Source of the DNA: Gemmatimonas sp.
Lineage (GTDB): Bacteria; Gemmatimonadota; Gemmatimonadetes; Gemmatimonadales; Gemmatimonadaceae
DNA length: 64,000 bases
Assembly (NCBI GenBank): GCA_965279375.1
Contig: OZ257156.1
Location: 4,288,001 to 4,352,000, forward strand
Direction: 5' to 3'
Made by a program: the position numbers and the translations under genes. The notes beneath the pieces were generated by a model. That model had not been told where the DNA came from. It saw nothing but the letters and a program-made list of their open reading frames with translations, and did no database searches. Below, piece by piece: positions 49,614 through 58,153 of this stretch (the first letter of the stretch is position 1; each line of letters begins with the position of its first letter).

Positions 49614-49852
49614 GCTCCCGCCACGAAGCCCGGACACTGCGCGGCACGGCCGCGTGGGAAGCGTCGATCGACCGCGACGACGCCTTACGAGCGGCGCAGC
49701 CCCCGCGCCCCTCGAGTTCGGATCCGCTGCGGCGCTGCGCGACGTGCGGCCAGTGGCCCGTCATGGACAAGCAGAAACGATGCCGCGCCACCGGTAGCCC
49801 GCACGTTTACGTGCCCGCGCCCATCGTGGGCCAGCCGATCATCCGCGGATGA
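49610..49852 (+). CDS. Small Zn-finger-like protein
   Basis: CATC...C...H; coupled. Confidence 0.45.
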   Translation: MSSRHEARTLRGTAAWEASIDRDDALRAAQPPRPSSSDPLRRCATCGQWPVMDKQKRCRATGSPHVYVPAPIVGQPIIRG

Positions 49853-50067
49853 GTCGTCGCAGGGCGGCTGCAGTACCAGACGCTGCCGCGCCGGAGCTCG
49901 AGCCCGCGATCGAACCGCAGGTCGCGCGCGAGGCCGCGTGGGCGGCGTTCTGGGCGCCGGTGACGCCCATGCTGCTCACCGACGCGGAGCTCGTCGCGCT
50001 CGAGCGCGACCTCGTCCTCACCGCAGGCCGCCCCCGCCGCCCTCCGTCGCAAAAAACTTCCACTTGA
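49849..50067 (+). CDS. Phage hypothetical protein
   Basis: Coupled ORF. Confidence 0.45.
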   Translation: MSRRRAAAVPDAAAPELEPAIEPQVAREAAWAAFWAPVTPMLLTDAELVALERDLVLTAGRPRRPPSQKTST

Positions 50068-50092
50068 CCAATTAGGCGGTCAGTCTTATTGT
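50064..50092 (+). promoter_or_regulatory. Sigma70-like promoter with overlapping inverted repeat
   Basis: TTGACC-17-TATTGT; TGACC-N8-GGTCA. Confidence 0.65.
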
Positions 50093-50167
50093 TCTGGAGT
50101 CGGGCGCAATGAGCGCTGACCAGCACCGCAGACCGCTGATGAGGTCCGCAACAGGTGGAGCAGCACA

Positions 50168-50638
50168 ATGGCAAAGTACCCCCTCCCTGCATGGTGTCGC
50201 ATCGTCCGCCGCGTTGAAGCCAACGTGGTGGCGACCTACCACCAGATGCCGCAGATCCGTCGCCCGTTCGACGCGGTCGCCTACGTGGCGCCGAAGCTCG
50301 CGATCGAAGACGTAGAAGTCTTGGTCGTCATGATGCTTGACGCGCAGAATCGCGTCATGGGCCTGCAGGAAGTCACGCGCGGGCTCGTGAATTCGTCGCT
50401 GGTCCATCCGCGCGAAGTGTTTCGCATGGCGATCGTGATGGGCGCGACCAGCATTGTCGTGGCGCACAACCACCCCTCCGGCGATCTCACGCCAAGCCCC
50501 GAAGATCGGCACGTGACCGAGCAGCTGGCGGCAGCCGGCAAGCTGCTCGACATCCCGCTCTTTGACCATTTGATCGTTGGGAGCCAGAGCATCGCGCTCG
50601 AAGTGTTCACCTCGTTCGCACTGAACGGACTCCTGTAA
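50168..50638 (+). CDS. RadC-like JAB domain protein
   Basis: VHPREVF...AHNHPSGDLTPSPED...LFDHLIVG. Confidence 0.93.
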   Translation: MAKYPLPAWCRIVRRVEANVVATYHQMPQIRRPFDAVAYVAPKLAIEDVEVLVVMMLDAQNRVMGLQEVTRGLVNSSLVHPREVFRMAIVMGATSIVVAHNHPSGDLTPSPEDRHVTEQLAAAGKLLDIPLFDHLIVGSQSIALEVFTSFALNGLL

Positions 50639-50694
50639 CGCACGGGCGGGCACGGTCGAGTGACCGTGCCCCACCCCCCTGACTGGACCACGCC

Positions 50695-51099
50695 ATGACT
50701 GATCAGACGAACCGCCCGGACTTGACCTACGACACCCCGCCACGGCCACCGCTTCGCACGGTCGATCGACCCGACGACAGTCGGCCCGCAACGCCCGAGG
50801 CGCAGGCCGCGCTCGTCAACATGATTGCGATGCACGCTCCACACGTGGGCGAACCCTTCTCGCAGCGACAGTTGGCCCGGAAGGTGCTTGCCGGCCGCAG
50901 CTACCAGGCCGTGCAGGCGTGGCTGAATGGCGAGCCCGTACCGCGCGTCACCGCCGACTGGCTGCTGCACGATCTGCAGCGCGTCGATGCACGCGCCGAG
51001 GATCGCATGATCCGCGTCGCGGCCGATGAAATCGCCATTGTCGTGCGTAGCGGCATGACCACGTCGCCCGCGTCGCTCGAGGAGCACGATCGTGTCTGA
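50695..51099 (+). CDS. HTH DNA-binding protein
   Basis: SQRQLARKVLAGRSYQAVQAWLNG. Confidence 0.6.
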   Translation: MTDQTNRPDLTYDTPPRPPLRTVDRPDDSRPATPEAQAALVNMIAMHAPHVGEPFSQRQLARKVLAGRSYQAVQAWLNGEPVPRVTADWLLHDLQRVDARAEDRMIRVAADEIAIVVRSGMTTSPASLEEHDRV

Positions 51100-51636
51100 T
51101 CTCGTGCTTCGTGGCAATCGCCCGTGGTCGTGCAGAGCGAGCAACTCTACGAAGTCTCCATCGACCCTGCGACCGGTGCACGAATCGAAACGCCGTTGAC
51201 GCACGCCACCGTCTTCATTGCGTTGGTGCACTCCGCGGACGTCAATCGGCCGATCGAAGACGTCATCGTGCATCGGCTGCTCTACTCGCAGGCAAACGAA
51301 GTGCTGCCCAGTGGCGTGTACGAAGTCGCGTTCGGTCCACGGGCTGCGCGGCGACATCTTGAGGGACGCTCGAGCGTGTTGGTGCGGGTCGAGATCCCTG
51401 GTGTCTACGTGCAGGTCACCGAACGCCGGATTGATCGCCCGGCCGAACCACGACGTCGCACCGCGCGGCCGATCGCGCCGAGGATGCTCAGGTGGGCATT
51501 GGTGAGCGGAGGGCGCCAGTCACTCGCGTGCGTTGCTGCGTGTGGTACCATGGAGATGCGCTGTCCTGCCGACACGAGAGGAGACGGTCACGCTGGGAAT
51601 GACATCACCACCAAGATCGCGCTGACGTTCCGCTGA
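51092..51636 (+). CDS. Phage hypothetical protein (paralog group A; probable frameshift near 51122)
   Basis: GAGGAG RBS and GTG at 51092 are out of frame with body ORF 51124-51636. Confidence 0.45.
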
Positions 51637-51792
51637 CGCGAGCCGCGATCGTGAGGGCATGATCTATCTCCTCCAGCTGCCCGACGGCACGATCCTGCAG
51701 TGCCGTGACGCCTTCAACGCGCACCAGCTCGCGTCGATCTACCTGTTGCTGCTGCGCCCGGACCCACCGCCCCCCAGCCCCACGTAGCCTAA

Positions 51793-51823
51793 CCTTGCGT
51801 TATTGGCACGGTGCGAGCATCTT
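51793..51823 (+). promoter_or_regulatory. Conserved phage promoter motif copy 4 (divergent)
   Basis: CCTTGCGTTATTGGCACGGTG...CATCTT. Confidence 0.55.
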
Positions 51824-51832
51824 CGACAGACC

Positions 51833-52309
51833 ATGAACGCGCCGCCGCTCCCCGAGTCTGTCTCACTACCGCCCGACGTCCGACGCGACGGGGCGGCGTT
51901 GCTCCAGTCGTCGGCGCCGTTGCGCCGGTATCCCGTAAGCGCCGCTCCGGGCTTCGCGATCGAGGTCTCCGACCACCCGGAGCCCGTCTACCTCCTCGGC
52001 GACGCGGCCAGCATCGAGACGCCGGTGCCGTGTCGCGTGTGTGGCACGTGGAACCCGGCCGTGCTGAGCGGTCGGCATTTTTTCCTCTCGTTCGAGCCCG
52101 ATGCCGCGCTTGAGATCACCAGCGTGCGCCGCGTGCAGCACCACATCGGACGACTCGCCTTTCCATCCGGCTGGGCCGCATCGCCTTGGCTCACCGCGCC
52201 GTCACGCAAGCAGCTCCTCAAGCGACTCGACGAATTCACCGCGGCCTTTGTCGAGCAGCGGCTCGTCCGTCGTCCCGCGCTCTCCCGTACCACGACGGGC
52301 GCGCGATAG
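51833..52309 (+). CDS. Phage hypothetical protein
   Basis: ORF downstream of promoter motif. Confidence 0.55.
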   Translation: MNAPPLPESVSLPPDVRRDGAALLQSSAPLRRYPVSAAPGFAIEVSDHPEPVYLLGDAASIETPVPCRVCGTWNPAVLSGRHFFLSFEPDAALEITSVRRVQHHIGRLAFPSGWAASPWLTAPSRKQLLKRLDEFTAAFVEQRLVRRPALSRTTTGAR

Positions 52310-52346
52310 CAGCACCCTGCAGGTCACCACACTACCCGAGGACCGT

Positions 52347-53186
52347 ATGAGCCCCACCGACGTGCTACTGCATCCCACACCCCCGCTCCCCGCCACCGCG
52401 CTGCAGGTCGATCTCGAGATGGTATCGACGGCAACAACGCCGCCGGCGGAAGCGGAAGCGGAACCCTCAGCGCATCCGCAGCAGGCGGAGAAGGACGCCG
52501 AGGCGAAGCGTCTCGCTGACGCCACCCGCACCGCCGCCGTGCTGGATGCGGCGGCCGTGTTGCTGGCCGAGCGCCCGCGCCGTGCGTCGCTGCGCGAGCT
52601 CGCCGACGAAGCCCTGATGATCGACGCGATTCTCGAAGCCGCTGAGGGCGATCTCACCCCGGAGCTCGAAGCGCGTCTCGACGCGCTGACCGAGGACCTC
52701 ACCCTCAAGGCGGACGGCATCGGCGACTGGCGCGAGACCCTGCAGGCCGAAGTGAATCGCTTCGCTCTGGAGAAGAACCGGTTCAAGGCCGAGACCGATC
52801 GCCTCGCCGCGATCGAGAAGAGCGCCCAGGCGCGCCTCGCCCGCTTCGACGAGCGCACGAAGCAGACGATGCAGCGCATGGGCCGCCTGAAGCTCGAGGG
52901 CGACGTCTGGACCATCACGGTGCAGAGCAATCCGCCGAAACTGATCGTGGACAACGCGGACGCCGTGCCGGCGAGCTACGTGATCACCGAGACCGTGAAG
53001 TCGGTCGATACCGCGGCGCTGAAGGAGGAGTTGATCGCGCGTAAAAAGGCCGACGAAGCGCTCGAGAAGGTCCTCAAGAAGGCCGCGACCGACGAAGAGC
53101 GAGAGGCGATCCGCGCTGCGCAGCCCGCACGGGCCGCGATCGATGGGGCCCATCTCGAAGTCGGCACCACGCTGCGAGCGCGATAA
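52347..53186 (+). CDS. Siphovirus Gp157 family protein
   Basis: LKADGI...KAETDRLAA...TITVQSNPPKL...VPASY...IDGAHLE...LR. Confidence 0.85.
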   Translation: MSPTDVLLHPTPPLPATALQVDLEMVSTATTPPAEAEAEPSAHPQQAEKDAEAKRLADATRTAAVLDAAAVLLAERPRRASLRELADEALMIDAILEAAEGDLTPELEARLDALTEDLTLKADGIGDWRETLQAEVNRFALEKNRFKAETDRLAAIEKSAQARLARFDERTKQTMQRMGRLKLEGDVWTITVQSNPPKLIVDNADAVPASYVITETVKSVDTAALKEELIARKKADEALEKVLKKAATDEEREAIRAAQPARAAIDGAHLEVGTTLRAR

Positions 53187-53191
53187 GCGTC

Positions 53192-53599
53192 GCGCGCATG
53201 GCGCCGGGTGTCGGACTGCGTAAGCACCGAACGGCTGATCGCCGTGGCCCACCCGGTTGTCATGCGCGCACCGTGCTGCGCTAGGTCATGCGTATGCTTC
53301 GCCCGTAGTGTGCCGGGTTGAAGGGCGCCCCTGACTTGTAAGGTCTTGATGCCGACTCCGGCGGCAACTGAGAGGCCTCGAGGCGCAGCACGGAGCGCAG
53401 GCTGAGCAGTCTGAGCCACGGTGTAACGCGTGACGCGAGCGACCGCGACGGTGCAACTCCTTAGCGAACACTCACGGATAGACGGGGATGAACGATCTGT
53501 TCAGCCAGCAGTCAGATAGGCTACGCGACGGCCGCGAAAGGAAGCGTCGAAAAGCTGGCAGGAAGTCGCTCGGCAAACGTCATGCGTTGCATCGGCTCA
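53192..53599 (+). ncRNA. Candidate large structured non-coding RNA (unknown family)
   Basis: No convincing ORF; more than 12 nested stems with many G-U pairs valid only on + strand. Confidence 0.75.
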
Positions 53600-54262
53600 T
53601 GGTCGTGGGGCGAGTTGCGCGAGGAGCAGCTGCCTGATCGCTTCGCGGTCGCTTGGTGGGACACGCCAGTCGCGATGATACTGTTTTCCGGTGAATCGAA
53701 TCACCGTGCGCTTGCTGTGTGCGATGTCGCGCAGCGCATCGAGGTACGGGGTGGCGTCCACATCCCACCACTCCCAGATGCCGCCGGCCGCATTGTCGCG
53801 ATCCACCGCATCGGCTCCGTACGACTCCGGCGTCCAGTCGTAGTAGCCGCTGTCAGTCTTCACCGCGTAGTTCCGGATGAAGAGCCAGTCGTCCGCCACG
53901 TAGGTGACCTGCAGTCGCATCACGAGGCGCTTCCCGGTGTCGATCAAGTACGGCTTCACCGCCGTGCGACTGTTGACGAACTTCGGCGAATTCGGGTGCG
54001 TGTACGTGGTCTGGCCGGTGACGGAATCGATCGTCTTGCGCAGCGCCTTGAGGGCGACCCGCTCCTCACGAAACGCGGCGGTATCTGCGGCCGGCGTGGT
54101 GTCGGTCAAGACGGGCAGCCTCGAGGTGTCGGCAGCCGCGCTGCGCGCCGGCGCAGCGTCAGAGCATTTCCCGATGATCAACAGCCCAATAAACGCAGCG
54201 ATGAGACCGCCGCAGCCCAGCGGAAGACAGCCCACGTCGACGCCATTTGCAATCTTTACCAC
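53597..54262 (-). CDS. Membrane-anchored/exported moron protein
   Basis: Opposite strand; GCGGLIAAFIGLLIIGKC TM; periplasmic-like domain. Confidence 0.7.
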   Translation of the reverse strand: MVKIANGVDVGCLPLGCGGLIAAFIGLLIIGKCSDAAPARSAAADTSRLPVLTDTTPAADTAAFREERVALKALRKTIDSVTGQTTYTHPNSPKFVNSRTAVKPYLIDTGKRLVMRLQVTYVADDWLFIRNYAVKTDSGYYDWTPESYGADAVDRDNAAGGIWEWWDVDATPYLDALRDIAHSKRTVIRFTGKQYHRDWRVPPSDREAIRQLLLAQLAPRP

Positions 54263-54423
54263 GTAAATCGCCTCATCGTTAAGGAACCGTCACCGGGGAC
54301 CGCAGACGCTGCACCGACGCGTCTTGCCAGTTTTCCCCACACTGTCCACAGCGGACAAATTGTCCCGTTGCCTCGCGTGCACCGGATTCGTAGCGTACTG
54401 ATGCACCCCGAAACAAAACCGAA

Positions 54424-54684
54424 ATGACTGATTGGGTGGTCTACAATTACCGCGTGATTTTGCCCTGTGCGCACCCGGTGCGCGCCAACCCGGGCGACAT
54501 CATTCGCGTCCGTCCTGGGCATCCGACCGCGCCGGTCGCCGTGTGGCGACGACAGCGCGGCGAATGGACCCGTATCCGCGTCGGCCCACCGAACTACGGT
54601 GGCTTGATCATTCAGGAGTACAACGGCGTCATATCGCGACCGGAGGCTTCAGAGGCCCAACACTCAGATATGGGCGCTGCTTAG
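54424..54684 (+). CDS. Phage hypothetical protein
   Basis: ORF preceded by TTGCCT-17-TAGCGT (54368-54396). Confidence 0.5.
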   Translation: MTDWVVYNYRVILPCAHPVRANPGDIIRVRPGHPTAPVAVWRRQRGEWTRIRVGPPNYGGLIIQEYNGVISRPEASEAQHSDMGAA

Positions 54685-55210
54685 CGTCTTCCGCATCCGC
54701 CGCGGCTTCTGCTTCGGCCAACCCATCAAGCTCGCGCAGCGTGTCGGCTGATACGGGCCCCGGCAGGGTGGCGGGTGCAGACGCCGGACGCTCCGCGGTG
54801 CTGCCGCCAAGGATCACTTGCCGACCGACCTGCTCCAGCCCGCCGATGAGGTTCAGCTGCTCTTGGCGCGCCATGTCGAGCAGTCGCAGCACAGAACGGG
54901 CGTTGCCCGCGATCGCGCCGAGCTGAAACTCCGAGGCCAATCGAAACTCGGTGCCGAGACCGGCTGGTGGATCCGGCAGCGCCGCGGTGCCGACGTCGGT
55001 CCGGTATCGCTCCGCCCACTCTCGAATTTTTGTCCAGTTCGCGGCACGCGGCTGCGCGATGTGCCCCTGCGCAAAGTCCGTGAGGGACTTCACCGAGACC
55101 CCGACTTCAGCGGCCACGGGAGTGGAGCCACGCCGCGCCAAATGTTCACGCGCCAATGCGCGTGCCGACTCTACGGCTTCATCAGTAGTCACGACAGGAA
55201 GCTCCACCAA
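54629..55210 (-). CDS. Putative CI-like HTH repressor
   Basis: VAAEVGVSVKSLTDFAQG...PR HTH; divergent from cro-like gene. Confidence 0.65.
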   Translation of the reverse strand: MVELPVVTTDEAVESARALAREHLARRGSTPVAAEVGVSVKSLTDFAQGHIAQPRAANWTKIREWAERYRTDVGTAALPDPPAGLGTEFRLASEFQLGAIAGNARSVLRLLDMARQEQLNLIGGLEQVGRQVILGGSTAERPASAPATLPGPVSADTLRELDGLAEAEAAADAEDAKQRPYLSVGPLKPPVAI

Positions 55211-55228
55211 GCGCGGACGTATCCGCTA

Positions 55229-55262
55229 TTGCGTCCAATGTCGGGACTCCCTACATTGTAGG
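55229..55262 (+). promoter_or_regulatory. Rightward promoter with two operator-like sites
   Basis: TTGCGT-17-TACATT; palindrome CCTACATTGTAGG (55250-55262) and 10/13 copy at 55232-55244. Confidence 0.65.
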
Positions 55263-55316
55263 CACTCGCCGTCAGTATAGTGGCCCTTGCGCCAACACCA
55301 GCAGGAACGGAGCCCG

Positions 55317-55517
55317 ATGAGTGCCTCACGATACCTGACCCTTGCCGCAGTAGCGCGACGTCTTGAGCGAGCGATCCCGACCATTACGGCCATGATCGCG
55401 CGTGGTGAGCTCGAGAAGGAGCTGCTGGAAACCGGTGACGGCACGTCGCAGCTGATCGTGCTCCGTGAGTCCGTGGAGCGCTATGAAGCCGCACAACAGA
55501 AGGCCGCCGTCGCGTGA
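55317..55517 (+). CDS. Cro/excisionase-like small HTH protein
   Basis: YLTLAAVARRL...TITAMIARGEL...RESVERY. Confidence 0.7.
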   Translation: MSASRYLTLAAVARRLERAIPTITAMIARGELEKELLETGDGTSQLIVLRESVERYEAAQQKAAVA

Positions 55518-55528
55518 TGCGGTCGCCC

Positions 55529-56020
55529 TCATCCGGCGCGCAGCCGCGTGCGTCGCTCCGCCTTCCGGATGTCGGCCATCGTGCGGCCACTCCGCAGCAG
55601 TCCATCGAGCGTCGTATCGGCGCGCAGCACGCAATCGCCTGGGATCTCCGGCGCGGAGGCGTTGCTCGCGTCACCAAAAGCAACCCAGCCCGGATCGACC
55701 TCGAGGCCGAAGCTGTCGTATGCCCAGGCGCACAACGCCGACACGAAGTCGAGCGTGAGGCCACGGTGTCCGCGCAGCAGCCGGCTGGCAGTGCTGTAGT
55801 TGGGGCTCAGATCGCTCGGCAGGTACGGATTCAACCCTTCGATCACCACCGGGTGACTCAGGTGGAAATCCGGCCCGCCGTCGGCGCGCTGATCGAGCAG
55901 CGACAGCACGAGGCGACAGCGATTGGCGACCGCCAACTGCAGCGGACTGGCTTGGGCCGGATTCGGGCGCGGGTCGGACGGGTGGCGCTTGACGGGCGCG
56001 AGATCGTGGCGACGGGGCAT
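55529..56020 (-). CDS. XRE-like HTH regulator
   Basis: YSTASRLLRGHR...VDPGWVAFG. Confidence 0.6.
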   Translation of the reverse strand: MPRRHDLAPVKRHPSDPRPNPAQASPLQLAVANRCRLVLSLLDQRADGGPDFHLSHPVVIEGLNPYLPSDLSPNYSTASRLLRGHRGLTLDFVSALCAWAYDSFGLEVDPGWVAFGDASNASAPEIPGDCVLRADTTLDGLLRSGRTMADIRKAERRTRLRAG

Positions 56021-56233
56021 ACAGCACTCGGGATGCGTGGTGGTCGTGCAATGGCGCTCTCGGCGCGGTGCCGCACATCCGGTGCAACCCACACGCCACG
56101 GTGCGCCGCGAACGTCGCACGCCACGCCGAACCGGCGCGCGGCGCCGCTCCAGCGGGCTACAGGGGAGCCCCATGTGCGAAAGTTGTCGCCCCCATGCGA
56201 AATCGGGAAGGGCGATGCGGCATGGCTCCAACG

Positions 56234-56262
56234 AAAAACGCCGGACCCGAAGGCCCGGCGTT
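56234..56262 (-). terminator. Rho-independent terminator-like hairpin
   Basis: AAAAACGCCGG...CCGGCGTT; U-tract on minus strand. Confidence 0.5.
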
Positions 56263-56423
56263 CCCGACCCAGCCACCACAGCCGGGGTTTTCGCAGCGAG
56301 TCCCGAGGTCAGACCCCACTCGCCACTAAGGCGAAAGTACACGAGACCCGCGCGTCTCGCCAGCGGTTACGCACGTCGTTGTTGTCTGCTGTGTCCCACC
56401 ACACCACACGTCCCGAGGTCTGT

Positions 56424-57608
56424 ATGGCAGTGCTGTTCAAACCCGCTGCGCGCACCAAGGTAAAGCTCAAGATCCTCATTCTTGGGCCGACCAACAGCGG
56501 TAAGACTTTTGGTGCGCTTCACATTGCCGATGGCCTGACGCCTGGGAGCATCGGCCTCATCGACTCCGAGCACGATCGCGCCGACTATTACGCCGAAGTG
56601 GTCAAGTTCGTAAAGGCGTCGCCGGAGTCCCATCACCCGAAGGCCTACATCGCGGCGATTCAGGCCGCGGTCGATGCGGGCCTCGAGACGCTGATCATCG
56701 ACAGCCTCTCGCACTGCTGGCTCGACGTGCTCGCGCGCAAGGACGCGTTCGACAAAGCCAATCCAAGAAGCAACCAGTGGACCAACTGGGCGATCTTCGG
56801 CGCGGAATGGGATGCGCTCATTCGCTACATCCTTGAGGCGCCCATCCACATCATCTGCACGGGGCGATCAAAGATGGCCTACGAGCAGGTCGAGCAGGGC
56901 GGGAGGAAGACGGTTGTCAAGCTCGGGCTCGCGCCGCAGCTCCGCGAAAATACAGAATACGAATTCGCGATCGCGTTCTCCATAGAGTTTAACCATCGCG
57001 CCCAGGTCAGTAAGGACAACACGAACCTGTTGTCCGAAGAAGGCCGCGTGTGGAATCTCGTCGATGGCTCCGTGCCGGCGTTGTTGCGGCAGTGGATGCA
57101 GACCGCGCGTGAGGTGGAGCGTCCGACGCCGGAGACTTCGATGGCGATCGACGATTCCCTGCTGCTCGTGCCGGTGGGCAAGCAGGAGACCGCGCGTCGT
57201 CGTGTCGCGGAGCGTCGTCAGCGCGGGCTCAGCGAAGTCGAGGCGCAAGCGCTCTTGCAGAGCATCCGCTCGCTCGCCCCGACGACGCCGGCATCGCCCA
57301 CACCGGATGCCGAGCCGACGACACCGCCTGCACCGACACCACCAGAGCCGACGACCACCGCACCGCAGGGCGATGCTGCTACGATGACCGCGGCACGCGC
57401 CGCGCTCCTGACCGTGAAGCTCAACGTCGGGACGGTCACGCTCGGCTCGTGCGACGATGCCACGCTGGTGGATCTCGCCGGCAAGGCGCGCGCGAAAGGT
57501 CGCGACAGCTTGGTGGCCGCGATCGAACTCATTCTCGAAGATCGCGCACTCGCGCGCGACGCGGCACAGGCCGATGAACCCGCTGCAGAGGAAGCGGTAG
57601 GGGCATGA
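56424..57608 (+). CDS. Sak4-like AAA_24 recombination ATPase
   Basis: GPTNSGKT, IDSE, IIDSLSH.W, HIICTGRSK, EYEF. Confidence 0.85.
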   Translation: MAVLFKPAARTKVKLKILILGPTNSGKTFGALHIADGLTPGSIGLIDSEHDRADYYAEVVKFVKASPESHHPKAYIAAIQAAVDAGLETLIIDSLSHCWLDVLARKDAFDKANPRSNQWTNWAIFGAEWDALIRYILEAPIHIICTGRSKMAYEQVEQGGRKTVVKLGLAPQLRENTEYEFAIAFSIEFNHRAQVSKDNTNLLSEEGRVWNLVDGSVPALLRQWMQTAREVERPTPETSMAIDDSLLLVPVGKQETARRRVAERRQRGLSEVEAQALLQSIRSLAPTTPASPTPDAEPTTPPAPTPPEPTTTAPQGDAATMTAARAALLTVKLNVGTVTLGSCDDATLVDLAGKARAKGRDSLVAAIELILEDRALARDAAQADEPAAEEAVGA

Positions 57609-58153
57609 GCCCACGAACGCCTCCCGCATCGCAGAACGTGGTCGAGATGTACGTCCAGCAACGCCTCAGTATCCCGCAGATCGCAGCTGCCATCGGAGAT
57701 CCAAAATCGCGCGTTCGGACAGCGCTACTCAACGCTGGTGTCGCTCTTCGGTCTCGCAAGGACGGAGTTCGCCTACGACGCGATGACCTTAGCTCACAAA
57801 GGCGTGGCCGAAAGAGAGGACCACACTCGGAAGCAACGCGCAGACGAATGAGCGAGCAGCGCCATGCGTGGGCAGAGGCTAACGCGGCTGGTATTTCGGT
57901 TCGCAGCGGATACGCGGAGCATACACGTGGGGAACACAAGGGTCGGCTCGTGCACGACGTCATCATGGAGGCGCGAATCGGCCGAAGAATGCGCGCGGAT
58001 GAGATCGTGCACCATATCGACGGTGACCGTCTGAACAACAACGAAAACAACCTCGCGCTGATGACTCGATCTGCGCACTCACGACTTCACCGCCGAGAAG
58101 ATCAGCTTTCCGGCAACATCCGAGGGAGAAAGGCAAATGGCACGTTCGCTTAA
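57605..58153 (+). CDS. HNH endonuclease with N-terminal DNA-binding segment
   Basis: HSEATRRRMS; VHHIDGDRLNN..NNL...HSRLH. Confidence 0.88.
   Translation: MSPRTPPASQNVVEMYVQQRLSIPQIAAAIGDPKSRVRTALLNAGVALRSRKDGVRLRRDDLSSQRRGRKRGPHSEATRRRMSEQRHAWAEANAAGISVRSGYAEHTRGEHKGRLVHDVIMEARIGRRMRADEIVHHIDGDRLNNNENNLALMTRSAHSRLHRREDQLSGNIRGRKANGTFA

Noticed and set aside
53192..53599. tmRNA, RNase P RNA, group I/II intron or IS omega/bridge RNA identity
   Set aside because: No tRNA-like ends or tag ORF, no GAGGAAAGTCC, no recognisable domain V or P7, and no adjacent RT, IscB/TnpB or IS110 gene; left as unknown pending Rfam search
54331..54350. DnaA-box-like TTCCCCACA / CTGTCCACA as replication origin
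   Set aside because: Only two degenerate matches, with no initiator gene or AT-rich unwinding region nearby
53582..54427. 281-aa plus-strand ORF
   Set aside because: Antisense shadow of the more protein-like minus-strand gene 53597-54262
56263..56423. Hairpins and GTCCCGAGGTC direct repeat in sak4 leader as a riboswitch
   Set aside because: Short stems are expected at this GC content, CCGAGG is the RBS-like motif used throughout the phage, and no known aptamer was recognised
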